Origin: Oopsacas minuta
Taxonomy: Eukaryota; Animalia; Porifera
NCBI GenBank assembly: GCA_024704765.1
Contig: JAKMXF010000155.1
Coordinates: 327,804 to 345,146, forward strand
DNA: 17,343 nucleotides
Direction of reading: 5' to 3'
Under the pieces are notes generated by a model that saw nothing but the letters and a program-made list of their open reading frames with translations, was not told where the DNA came from and did no database searches. Both the position numbers and the translations under genes were made by a program. Below, one piece after another: positions 1-11,155 of the stretch (position 1 is its first letter; each line of letters opens with the position of its first letter).

Positions 1-145
1 TATATTCAATGCATTTAGACGTAATACTTTGAACGGCTTTACAAGAATCTAAACTATAACTGGGATTCTACAAGGGTAGATTTTATAATATTTAAGGGGA
101 ATAATTTAATTATAAATAATAATGAAAATTGACCAATCAAATAAG

Positions 146-224
146 TAGCGAGATGTCGTGTAACGAAATGTCGTGTAGCGAATGTCGTGTAACGAAATGT
201 CGTGTAGCGAGATGTCGGTATCCG
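146..224. repeat. Tandem array of a 15-bp unit, about 5 copies, alternating variants TAGCGAGATGTCGTG / TAACGAAATGTCGTG
   Basis: Units read directly: 146-160, 161-175, 176-189 (14 bp), 190-204, and a partial unit at 205-217 running into GTATCCG. No spacers. Confidence 0.95.
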
Positions 225-1159
225 GATAACAATTGGTCAAATTTTCAAATTTTTTGAAAAAATATTTCCATTGGCCCGTAAATATCAATTTCTTGCTCAA
301 CAAACATTGTATTACATGATTCATGCGCTTTTTGCTTTGATAATTTTTGAATTATTTCGTCAAGAATTTAACCGTGAATTGCATGAAACAATGTTTCATT
401 AAAATATTTGATTTTCATTTCATCCCACATTCTAGCAAGAAATAGAATATGTTCCTATTTCCATATAACAGGTTGCATGCAACTCTTTCTATATTTCGGT
501 GTAACAATGTTACATGGAAATTTAACATACGATTCAACAAAAGTTGCATTGTTCTGGTAGCATGTTGACTTCTATAGCGTTTTAAATACTAATCGAATAT
601 TATATTCTAACTTGAGGGAACATCTGGATGTGGCAAATTCATTTATATGAACATTGACGATATATACATATGCCCCGATCCAAAGTACCCTCTGATTTAT
701 GCAATCCTATATTGAAACAGAGGGTCGCTTGTTCGAAGAAGCTTGTCCCCGTGTTTTGTATGTAATATGTTCAGTCCAGTCTATTAGATTCTATTGTAAA
801 TTCACGATTCGAAAAGTGCGTCAGAAACTCCTTTTGAATCAATAATAATCTCTAGAATTTCTATTTCTATATATTACTTCGGCTAATTTTCATTTTGTTT
901 TCGAATTCTTTGCTCTGCTTGATACATATTTGCATTTATACGCCTTTTGAATACTCCCACTTACGAAATCCACGATTCATTGAATCACCGACACTTAAAT
1001 CCTTTAGAACAGATTAAGATTAACCGAATACCTTAATTTCTTAATCTTATCTAAAGAATGGAAAATGTGTCTTTATGACGTATACTCATCATTCTGCCTT
1101 ATTTTTGTATATAATTTTGCCAGGTGAATTATTGTCATCAAAAGAGGCATCTAATCATT

Positions 1160-1504
1160 CAAATGGTTAGATAAACGTGGGTCTGATATCTCTTGCAAGG
1201 GCTTTGAAGTATTTGATCCAATCCTATCCCTGACAACATTACAAAGACTGTTTATGCCATCATTGTTTCAAGTTTACTTAGGAAGTTGCTCGTTTAACCG
1301 GTCACGGCCGAAGTGTTACGTTCGTAGTGAATGGAGCACCAAAATTTTACAACATTGTTTTGTTCAATTCCGTCAACTAAATAAGAATTCAGCACCTTTT
1401 GACATCATAAAATCACATATTGTGCAGCATTTGGTTGTTAGAAAGTGCTGAGAAATGTCTCTGCTGTGTTTTTCCAAGCAAATATACAAGGAATTCCACC
1501 TCTG
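1160..1504 (-). pseudogene. Possible highly decayed hAT (Ac-like) transposase fragment
   Basis: One minus frame gives QRWNSLYICLE (W codon 1498-1496) and ISDPRL (D codon 1183-1181) 105 codons apart. This resembles the hAT TRWNSxxxML ... LDPR motifs. Several stops lie between, and the support is only two short motifs. Confidence 0.25.
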
Positions 1505-1879
1505 ACTGATTTTTGCCTAAAAACCAGCTAATTGGGACATATTAGTCATATCACTCGAAATTTGCCAAATTATTTTTCATGAAGTTAGAATTTATTAGAA
1601 ATTTATTGGTGATATTTGTCACTGAAACTTTTACCATTTATTGATTCATTTGTCTATTCATCGAAAATACAGACCTTCTGCCGGTATCTATCAGATTTTT
1701 TGTAACTTGAAAACTGTCTATAATTATTTCGAATATACTTCACCATATTTTTCAACTAACTATCATTCTAACCTCAAACCCGAATTTGCTATAAATTTTT
1801 ATTTTTATATTGCAAAATGGGTTCATTTCTTCAACTTTTACTTTTGTCATCCAGAATTTTCAAATCATTTGCTATTATT

Positions 1880-2900
1880 GTGATTTACTTTGTTATTGTT
1901 ATTTGGGAACAAAGATCCATCAAACTCAGCTTTCGAATCTCTCTCTGCTTTTCACAAGTGCACTGCCTATCTCGCGCATGTCTTACTATGTTCCATGGCT
2001 ACGCAGCTGAATTCGGCCTAAAATGGCTCCTAATGACATCATGACAATGTTATTGCTTTCAAAATAACTCCTCAATAACCAATTATGGCCAGCGTATTAC
2101 GTTAGTAATGGAAGGAACACTAAATTTAACCACATTGTTAGATCTTGTATTTGGGAAATTGCATCTTGCAAGCAATGTGAAAGTACAATATATTTCTTCA
2201 CATAACTACTATTTAAATCTGATTTTGTTCAAGCAATTCTCTGAATACGAATTTCGAAACTGATTTACAATACCATGGTTGTCACCAAAGAATGCTCTTT
2301 TTATTATTGTACTGATTAGACTTTAGTATAATTGCCCAGTATTGGAATGTTTGCCTATTTTTTTCGTTTTTTTCTTCGCGAAACCCCTGCAGCCATAACT
2401 CGATAGAATTTATGTAATATATGGTGTGAGAAATATCGAAGATATTCATCAGGTATGCTTTTCCCCTTGCCAATCAATCGGACGCCAAGTGCCACTATTT
2501 CACACTGGCCCACCTTCCTGGCCTCTGGCAAATAATATGAAGGGAATTTTCACACGTTTCGAAAGAGAAAAATTCTGCACTTTCCTATTCTTCTAGAATT
2601 TGTATACTTGTTATAGTTTTTTTGCTGAAATTAAATGAAAAATATTCATTATGTAACACTTGGGTGCTTATATGTCGGTCAAAACACTTTGATAACCAAT
2701 CTTGTACAGTTTAGATGATATTTGTGAAAATCGCTTCAATCGATGATGGGTATCTTACCAGCGCAGAAACCATCTATTTTCACTAAGTTTTCCTAACTTT
2801 ACAGGGTTGGTTTCGAATAATTTTATTCACCGAAATGCTCCCACCACCAAACTATTCATTTCCAAGTTTTCATATATCTAGATATGAGCGAACTACATTT
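1880..2900 (-). pseudogene. Highly decayed mariner-type transposase relic
   Basis: Mosaic of minus frames in the expected mariner order: GSISVNKIIRNQ..KVRK/LSENRWF (about 2850-2760, cf. RKxxARWVP), PDE (about 2450), GVSRRKK, FFGDNHGIV and FRELLEQNQ (about 2290-2220, cf. FWDxxGIV..ELL), LQDAISQ, and KSRERFES (about 1945-1930, cf. GRRFxS). Many frameshifts and stops; no TIRs found. Confidence 0.4.
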
Positions 2901-3069
2901 TTCGTCAAATTGGACAACAACCAGACAAAAAAGCAATACAAACTGGCACAATTAAAAAATTATATTGTCCTACTACTAAATCTTCATGGATTTCATTGAA
3001 ATTGTATATGATGAATAAATACAGTATTAGATAACGTATAAAATAGAAAACGACATTTGTTTTAGATAA

Positions 3070-3169
3070 CACTACGTAACACAATTTTTGTTTGGCTTCA
3101 ATTTTTGATGTCCCCTTATGTTTTTTTGCTCGCTGAATTCAAAAATCGTGTTAGTCTTTTCATATTATC
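3070..3169 (+). repeat. Left imperfect TIR of the Chapaev3-type element
   Basis: CACTACGTAACA..TGTTTGGCTT..TTTTGA..GCTGAATT..TTAGTCTTTTC aligns to the reverse complement of 5562-5667. Confidence 0.8.
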
Positions 3170-3368
3170 AATGCTTTTTGACGTATTTACACTTTTTGCT
3201 TTCCGACCATGTTGTGTTGTTCATTATATGCAAATTTGCCTACAACTCTTGTAATAATTTAAACACGTAGTGATGTGTTGATAAGTTTTTTGGACATGAA
3301 AATCACTACCAAATAGTACATTGCTGATTACAAGTCCTTAAAACGCAAAACGCACTAATGTTAGAGAG

Positions 3369-5133
3369 TTAAAACACTTCAAAATGAATTGTTGAACGAG
3401 CTTTACTTTTGTGACCAGAAATGTCTTCCCTTATCAAAAACCACATGTAATCACCCATCATTAAACTGTCCCAGCGACCCTGATACAGTCATTCCATTGG
3501 CTGAATATCTCGGTGAAATCTCTTATCATGTTCCTCGCTGAAATCCCCCAAATTTTCTTGAAAGAAGTCAAGATGAAAGCATAGCAAATGAAGTTTCAAC
3601 GAGATGCGACATCCCATCTTTTGTTTGCTTGTGATAAGAGTTTTCACTATCTCTTCATGACTAGGATCTTTGTTATTTCCTAAAATGCCATTAACTACTC
3701 CTCGAGCTGCCTGCCATGCTTTTCTTTCTGTGTTTCGGTTATTTATCCTCCAGGGTTCTTGACTTTAACATGGTAGTTATTTAGGGGCCAACAAATATTC
3801 CTCCCTTTAGTTCGGCATCTGATAATTTTGGAAACATTGCGCGGATTTCTTGAAAAGCTTCCCCTTCAAAATCCAAAGCTTTAATAAATTGCTTTACTAA
3901 ACCTAGTTTTATATGTAGGTGTAGTAGTAAAACTTGTTCTCGGCTTACAAGTGGCTCTTTGATGACATCGTACTTCCCTGGTATTAATTCTTTTCTCGGC
4001 GGCCATTGAATCTTCTTGTAGTGCTCTCCATTAGCTCTGCTGTTCCAATAAAGAAAGCATGAGTATTTGGTGTAGCCACCTTGCAGTCCCAACAAAAACC
4101 CAAACATCTTAAATCACCACAGATATGCCGGTTAAATTCAGCATAGTGTATTTTAAAAAGTAGTTGCTTGACATTTTCATAGTCTTCTTTCATTTGTATT
4201 GAAAAAGTAAGGGGAATTGACGGATATTTGTTCCCATTTAAAGTAAACTCCTTTAAGGCTTTTGGTGGAACTGTCAATAAAATCATGTTCTATTCCAACA
4301 GCATCAAACAAACCATTCACATCTTTCCAATAGCACAGATCCTGTATTACATGATAGTAAACAAAATAGTCCAAGTGCCTCTTCCTTGTAAGCAGTTATT
4401 TTGCAATCATCACTCTGCAAATTCCACTCGCTTAATCTTGACGTCGATAGCTCTGCTGCAGATTTGTTAGTTGCAGATCTCGTATAAAGTCATCTAATTC
4501 TCTCTTAGAAGGATAATGATGTTCTGCACTTGTTGATTGGGGATACTCCTCCTCAGCATCCGAAGTTTCACTTGATATCGTGCCTTCACATTCAGTATTA
4601 AACTCCAACTAAATTGACAAGAATAAAACATAAGATGCAGATTGTGGGTCACCCTTACAGCATATAAGCTAGCGTAGCCTAATATTATAAAACATAAAAC
4701 TACTTACATTTGCTGGTGGTTTTGGAACTGGTAAAGTTTCACTGTGAGGAACAGGTGCAATGGATGAAGGTGTACTTGGATAAGTCAGTGCTCTTCTTCC
4801 CTTAACATTGAGGTACTAAGCAATATTTATCATACAAAAGTAACACTAATCATGGTGGTTTGTGGCTCTCTCCAAACTCTTGGAATAGCTAATGGCATAA
4901 CTCTAGCGGGACCCCTCAACCAACCTTCAAAGTTAGATCGACAGCTGCCACAAATTACATGTTAGGCCCAGGCCTTTTCTTGGTCCGCAATGGACACCCC
5001 AAAATACAGTCTGTACGCTTCCCAATACTTAACTTCTTTTGAAATTTTATTTGAAACATGTTTGCCACCAACATAATATCCACTAACATAGCAATATGAG
5101 TCAGGTGAATTCCTGCATTCTTTACTAGCCATT
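3369..5133 (-). pseudogene. Chapaev3-type transposase with N-terminal Cys/His zinc finger, disrupted by stops and frameshifts
   Basis: Manual translation gives CRNSPDSYCYV, HVICGSC, IPRVWREP..CYFC, ELDDFIRDL, FIDSSTKSLK, NGNKYPSIP, ICGDL, LGLQGGYTKYSCFL, LHIKLGLVKQFIKAL, GGIFVGP, MGCRISLKLH, FSEEHDKRFH and YQGRWD..MMGDYMW. Final TAA at 3371-3369. The 5' ATG (5133) is out of frame with the finger by 1 nt. Confidence 0.9.
4609..4707 (-). other. 99-bp GT-AG spliceosomal intron inside the Chapaev3 transposase
   Basis: Minus strand AAT|GTAAGT donor at 4707 and T-rich ...TCAATTTAG| acceptor at 4609. Removing it joins PVPKPPAN to LEFNTECE...ELDDFIRDL in frame (phase 0). Confidence 0.85.
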
Positions 5134-5561
5134 GCAATTTCTAATTATGAAAAACACTAACTTAACGTAAAGACAACCAGCAAGTTGTTTCTGCCTTCTC
5201 TGCTAAAGGCAGTTATACTGATGCTTATGCTAGCTGCTGGTAGTTTATACTATTGATGTAAGTAAATACTTTCCAAGTGGAGGTACTGGATAGCAAACAA
5301 ACTGTACACAAGAACGAAATTTCTAAGTTTTGCCATCCTACCCCAGCCTGGAATTCTGACTCTATTTAAGCTGTGCATTCGCAGACACTATAAGTGTCTC
5401 CTAGAGCTTAAAAAGACAAAAGACAGTGAAGGGAGTGCAAAATGTTTGTTATCTTTATTGTTATACCACAAAAGATTTTGATTGTGACTTACGTTTTTGC
5501 TTGGTTGGCTAAGCGTGTTACCTGCTCATATAAATAGGCTTCCTGAAAGTTAACGATTGAT

Positions 5562-5667
5562 GATAGAAAAAGCCAATTGCATTTTCAGAATCAGTGCCTC
5601 ATGATTATCCGTAAACAATCAAAATCTCAAGCCAAACAAATATTTCATAAAAATTTGTTATGTGGTG
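5562..5667 (-). repeat. Right imperfect TIR of the Chapaev3-type element
   Basis: Reverse complement reads CACCACATAACA..TGTTTGGCTT..TTTTGA..CACTGATT..TTGGCTTTTTC. Confidence 0.8.
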
Positions 5668-5778
5668 TAATGGGTCAACTGATGCACATTAATAGCACTT
5701 TATATACTGTAGATCTACAAGTATATTGTATTATTAGAATTTATTCTATTTGTGTTATTAGAATGTATCATAATTTAG

Positions 5779-6387
5779 GTTCTAAAATTGCGAGGTCAGC
5801 TATTTCAGAAACATTTGGAACTCTATTTACGTCTTCAATCTCCTCAGACCCAAACAAAGTCGATTAAATCAATTAATCTATGTATTATTCATGTTGGAGC
5901 ACCAGCTGGTGGGCAAAATCCATTTACTTATATGCTGTGTAAATTGGCACTAAGCTTTGGCCATATTGTTTATGTTGCTTATGATGGCTTTGAAGGTTTG
6001 GCCAAAGGCAACCTCCTGCAACTTGATTCAAATCATATTTTTAAATGGATGTCAAGTGGAGGTTCGAAATTGGGCACTAATCGTCATTTACCTACTCGTG
6101 ATGATTTTACAAACATAGCAACGAATCTTCAAAAATATAATATTCATTCTCTCGTTATTGTTGGTGGATTTGAAGGATTTCTTAGCCTTATTCGAATTGA
6201 ATCAGCTAGGCAAATATATCCACCATTCAGGATACCGATGTTGCTAATCCCTGCAACAATCAGCAATAATGTTCCTGGAACAGAGTATACACTTGGTTCA
6301 GATACCGCTCTCAATGTTATACAAGAATGTGTTGATTATCTAAAACAATCTGCATCAGCGACAAGAAAGAGAGTATTTATTGTTGAA
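5779..6387 (+). CDS. PFK: Internal exon (203 codons, phase 0/0) of eukaryotic ATP-dependent 6-phosphofructokinase, C-terminal regulatory half
   Basis: Acceptor TAATTTAG| at 5778 and donor GAA|GTAAGT at 6388. The open frame contains VLKLRG, HVGAPAGG, DGFEGLAKG, GGSKLGTNR, IVGGFEG, IPATISNNVPG, GSDTALN and KQSA..KRVFIVE. GGFE and SNN in place of catalytic GGDG and DND mark the regulatory half. No stops or frameshifts. Confidence 0.96.
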
Positions 6388-7709
6388 GTAAGTTCTGTAC
6401 TCCTAATTGAATTGTTTAACATCATTTATTGTCCTGTCGCCACAGCGTAATCATTGGTTTGTGTTAGAAGGATGATTTTAAGATGTTTTGTTAAATCTCT
6501 TTCATGTTCTGAGCCATAATCCACCTGTAACAGGCTAGCAGCCTTGATCAATTCAATTCCTTACAATACCTTAGTGCATTCTCCCCGTTTCTTTGTGGAC
6601 CTTTGGTTATCAATCCGGTTTTGAATATACCAGAAACTGAGGATAGTGCCATTCCAAATGCTGCATTATTAACTCACTAAGTTTTTTGAAAAGGAGCTAT
6701 TAAAATATTACAAGACTTTCTTGTGTGGTTGTAAATAGAAAATTCTAAAATAAATGTGACTATACCCTTTTCTCTACTACGCATATAAGTGAGTCATGTA
6801 TTAGAATTCTAACTGCTAATTGGACTCCAAAGATAGGTCACTAGATGCTATGTGGGCACATATTGAGAATTGAATGTTGCTAGATTCCCTATCCCTGCTA
6901 TGGAAAAAATTCACTAATATATTCATGTCAAAAGCTAGTGATAATTTAACTGATTTTTCGTATTTACATCACTCAATAGTGTAATTGAATGTGTATTTGG
7001 TGAAAGGGTATATATTTCGATCTATTATAAATATTGCCTCAGGCCCCAAAAGAAAAATTCTTTTTGATTGTCCTCCTTTTCAAATAACGAGGAACTCAAC
7101 TATGCCTTTCTCATGGTACTATTCTCAGTTTCTTAATTAGTCTTCAATGGATATTATCAGAAAAATTCCTTACACTAACGTTCGACACTCACTGAACTAA
7201 AATGATAATTCCTACCGTTACCACTAGGCGCCAACTGGATTCTTTCTCAGATCATGCAGGAGGTCAGTAAAACATCATAATTCCTTCATTGTTGGACAAC
7301 TCGATTTTTACCCTCTCTGGCGACTGGACTATGAGTTTGTGATTTAGAAATTTTAGGTATAGGATTAATTAAAATGCGGTAATTGAATCAAGTACATCGA
7401 TTTGTATAGGAGTTATCTATGGATTTTGTATCTTAACGAATTACTTTATTAATGGGATGTAGGTATCAATGTTGAATCACCGGAGAAATCTAGGACTTAA
7501 CCAAAGTGTTCCCAAGGTAAAGTGTTCCTTAATATGACGTGTTCATGAATGGAGGTTTTACACAATATTTACACACTAAATACAATTGAAGTTTCATATT
7601 CAAAACATGAAGTTGATATTAACATCCAAATTCTAAATATATATTTACATAAAGTTGTTCATAATTGGCAAATCGTGATGTGTATAAACACATTCAACAT
7701 TGACTTTCT

Positions 7710-7850
7710 TGTAGGACCAATTCCGAACTTGATGATAGGACAAATTCCGGAATGGATAGTAGGACAAAATCAGTTTTTTAGCTCAAATCCCGAATGGGAG
7801 TAAATACAATATCACGACTACCCTGGTTTATTCTTATTCCCTACTATCCA
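7710..7850. repeat. 24-bp tandem repeat (about 2.5 copies) plus an 11-bp inverted copy
   Basis: TAGGACCAATTCCGAACTTGATGA (7712-7735), TAGGACAAATTCCGGAATGGATAG (7736-7759) and partial TAGGACAAAATC (7760-7771). TGGATAGTAGG (7753-7763) is inverted at 7840-7850. Confidence 0.75.
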
Positions 7851-8615
7851 AAATCTAACTATGATAGTTAGGTCTCACTGATCAGATTATGATAGCGAAC
7901 AACTTAAATTGAAGTTTATCATCGGTGAAAGCGATGATACCGGATAATAATTTTCATTGAAGTTTAAACTCACTAAATATCGCCCTCAAAGGTGTTGTTT
8001 TAGTGACTCATGTTAACTTAAGTATTATATAGCTAAATTTCTTGATGGTATGGGTCTCTACGCTACCGAGCATTATACTCGGTACTGTGTGCCTCGAGGA
8101 AACTTTTTTGCGAAAGATTTTATCTATCATTATCTATGTTACATCCAAATTCCATCTGATGGCCTTCTATGGTAATCCTTAAGCTGCTACTTTGCTTTCG
8201 GATAGTAATCTGGGCCTCAAGTATTAAGAAATTTTCGAAATTCGTATAGTTTTGATTTGTATTGTAACGATGACGTGATAATCCTATGATGAGCCAGATT
8301 TTTGTTCAGTATTATGATGTCAGGACATTTTTCACATTGATGAGTACCTGTGATTCAACTCTCAATCTTCTATTATCTATATTTGCTGAGCATTGGTTGA
8401 TAATTTGACCTTTGAAATCCAAATATTATGATGACCTCATAATTTCGTTATAGGTATGAATTTTTCTCCAAGCTCAACTTCTACATGCCAGACCCAAACT
8501 ATCCCTAAATCAGTCCTGGGGTTGTTCTAGTTTCTTCAATCAAGTCTGTACATATGCAAGTATACTTATAGATCCATACTTACAGATTAATTGCGTTTAT
8601 CATCTATTTTATTTC

Positions 8616-9059
8616 TCAATTTATTAATGTCTTCTTGCACTCTGGAAAATGGAATCTATGTTGTCTCACTACTTGTAATAATTAATGTTTTCCTTCGTCA
8701 TTTGTGATTAACCAGCCGCAAGGATCTACAAATGCTCTTTTCAGCGGATCTTCCATTTTTGTGATAATTGTCATTGCACGAACCATCTTCTCCTCAGTGT
8801 CTAGTGTGGTGTGTTGCTCAAAGAAACCTAGAGCCACTAATGACCGAAGGAGGCTATCTGTCACTCTCCATATATTCTCATTGTTGTTCCTATACACTAT
8901 ACAGTCTAATTGTTTTAATAATAGAAGATCCTGTGTTGTGACATTCGGAGCAGAATTTGCCATGAACCGAGCTTTGGCAACGAAGAAAATCTTTTCTTCA
9001 GACCGATTTCTTCTCTAGTAGACAATCTGAATTAGCCTCGATGCATCAATATCTTAAGG
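8616..9059 (-). pseudogene. 3' part of an hATm-type transposase relic
   Basis: SLKILMHRG*FRLSTREEIGLK, APNVTTQDLLLLKQL, LVALGFFE..EEKMVRAM, EDPLKRAFVDP, then LITNDEGKH*LLQVVRQHRFHFPECKK with stop at 8618-8616. These match the C-terminal motifs I recall for hATm-like transposases. Confidence 0.8.
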
Positions 9060-11155
9060 CAGTAGTTCTTAACAGGGGTACGCGACCCCTAAGGGGTACC
9101 CAGACCTGTCCCAGGGGGTATCTGAGATACATTTATGCTTAAGTCATTCATTATACTTCTTTGATAGTATATTGGTCGCTCTTTAAATATAATTCCTTAG
9201 ATTTATCATGTCAAAGGAATGTTCTTACAAAAAAGCATATACACTGTACGGTTTGACATTCATTGTAAACAACGATGGTATTCGGAAACTACAATGCCTT
9301 CTTTGCACAAATGTATTTAGTAATGGCTGTATGAAACCATCTAATCTTCAAAACCACTTTCGAGCTCTCCATTCCGAGAACGCTGAAGTTCCACAATCTG
9401 CATTCGAGATTAAACGTTCGCGGTTCGAATTAAGGGCACACTCGACGTTCATGGATATGTTCCCGAAAATTAGCGACTGCTAATACCAAGTTTTCGTGGC
9501 AATAAAGATTGCAAAGGAGAGGAAAGCGCACACTATTGTAGGGACCCAATAGAACCATGTGTTAGTGAGATGGTAGAGTTTTGTGGGTGGTAATGATACA
9601 AAACAAGAAATTAGCGAAAAATCATCTTTCGATTGATACAATTCATCACCAAATTCGAGACATGTCATTAGACATCGTCAGACAGGTAGTGGAGCGATTC
9701 AAGGCACGCCCGGAAGAAATTAGCTCGCAGTTGGATGAAATAATTGACCTCTCAAATTGTGCTCAACCTATCGTATCTGTCCTATATGTGTATCAGAACG
9801 GTGTCAGAGATGAATTCGTTCTTGTGATCAGCTTCAACAAGCAACATAGGTAGTGGCTATATTTTCTATCATGAATGAATTTTTTGATTCTAGCGCTCTA
9901 TCGTTGGACTTAGTGGGGCCTATTTGTGCTAATGGTGCCTCAGTTATGTTAGGAAAAAATCTGACTTCACTTCTCTGGCTAAAAAGGTTGACCCTAATGT
10001 AGTTATTTACTGTATTCTTGATCAGCATGCACTAGCTTCAAAAACAAATCCTAGTTGTCTGAAATCAGTTGGGAAATTGTGGTCAAAGTTGTCAACTTTA
10101 TCACAGCAAAAGCATTGAATCACCGTGTGTTCATAAAGATGCATCAAGAGATGTATTATAAACATATAGTTCTTTTGATACATACAGAAGTACGCAGGTT
10201 CTCCAAAGGAAAAGTTTTGGCAAGGGTTTTTGCAAGGGTTTTGAGCTTCGTATATCGATAGAGATGCTCTTACGCGAAAGAAATTCAGATTTTCTCCAGT
10301 ATTTCGAAGATCCAAATTTTGTCATTTCTCTGGCATATCTTGCTGACATCTTCTGCATATTGAATTCATTGAACATATCGCTCCAAGGAAGAGGAGTAAC
10401 GATCTTGGAAGCGGAAGGAAAGATAAAATCATACCAAATAAAACTGGCTCTTTGGGGACGAAGAGTCATTTCTGGCAGTTTTGCGAATTTTCCTCTCTTA
10501 TACGAGATTACATCTAATCCAGATCATCCAGTGGGACAAATATTCAAACAAGTGTTATTGCTATCTTGAAACTTTAAGATTCGATTTCTAAGGGTAATTG
10601 GGGATAGCCAATCTACATTCGACTCTTGAAGAGGTTCCCATCCTTAGTAAGTCTCGAACAAATTTGCGATAATTCTTGACGAAAGATGAGCTAATTGACA
10701 TACGTAATCATCAGAATCTTCTTAATGATTTTGGGTTAATGGACTGGATGATTTCTGGTGCAAAATGGTGCAGGAGTATCCCACATTTGAGAAACGAGTT
10801 TTTGTGGTTATAGTTCTGCTTGTTACAACATATCTCTGCGAGTCAGGTATTCTGTGCTCGTAACAATTTAGACCAATGCGAGGAACAAGTTAAATGTCAC
10901 ACACGACATGCGTGTCGCTCTCTCAATTACACCGCCTACAATAGATATATCAGGTGCAAATAGGCAACAACAGTGTACACATTAATATTACCTAGTATAT
11001 TATAGCTTAGTTTGGTTAGATTCTGATATTTGTTTATCACTAAGATTTGGAAATTGACAAGATATAACATAAATTGATTGATTAGTTAATGAGGGATACG
11101 TGGCATGTCATCCTGGGAAAAGGGATAGGCAGGACTAAATAGGTTAAGAACACTG
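9060..11155 (+). mobile_element. Full-length hAT transposon of the Buster/Charlie group, nested in the hATm relic
   Basis: Left end CAGTAGTTCTTAAC (9060); right end GTTAAGAACACTG (11155). 8-bp flanks TCTTAAGG (9052-9059) and TCGTAAGG (11156-11163) match 7/8 with a central TA, the nnnTAnnn TSD typical of Buster-group hATs. Confidence 0.93.
9208..10985 (+). pseudogene. Buster-group hAT transposase (SCAND3/ZBED5/ZBED8-like) with BED finger, inactive
   Basis: BED finger QCLLC..MKPSNLQNHF..H, IAKERKAHTI, QLDE (D at 9734), CANGA (D to N at 9931), YCILDQHALASKT (CxxH degraded), HTEVRRFSKG (W lost), LAYLADIF..LN.LNISLQG, ANFP and TTYLCESG (E at 10840). Terminal TAA at 10983-10985. Several frameshifts and stops; 12-bp in-frame duplication at 10214-10237. 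Confidence 0.93.

Larger units (their letters stand above)
3070..5667 (-). mobile_element. Full-length Chapaev3-type (CMC superfamily) DNA transposon, non-functional copy
   Basis: Termini CACTACGTAACA (3070) and TGTTATGTGGTG (5667; reverse complement CACCACATAACA). Identical 3-bp TAA flanks at 3067-3069 and 5668-5670, fitting the TWA TSD of Chapaev3. About 100-bp imperfect TIRs; internal transposase relic. Confidence 0.9.

Noticed and set aside
146-224. CRISPR-array reading of the short repeats (also 7712-7771 and 14050-14190)
   Set aside because: The units abut or vary in orientation, with no unique regularly sized spacers and no cas genes; the context is intron-containing eukaryotic DNA.
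611-640. Walker-A-like LEGTSGCGKF on the plus strand
   Set aside because: It lacks the S/T after Lys, has a stop immediately upstream and another soon after, and no Walker B or other NTPase context.
1900-2300. piggyBac-like reading (REIGSALVK resembles EELGKALV)
   Set aside because: Only one short match; the wider region fits mariner motif order better.
3295-3350. Plus-strand IADYKSLKR resembling the Chapaev C-terminal ADYxWxLKR motif
   Set aside because: The true C-terminal motif is already present on the minus strand at about 3470-3430; this short match is most likely chance.
6388-6450. C-terminal tail of the ORF-track protein 5788..6450 (VSSVLLIELF...)
   Set aside because: Read-through into the intron past a perfect GTAAGT donor; PFK similarity ends at IVE.
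8046-8120. 7-bp hairpin TACCGAG/CTCGGTA (8064-8084) and flanks as a candidate hATm terminus
   Set aside because: I found no convincing inverted partner or 8-bp TSD in 12700-13700, so the boundary cannot be supported.
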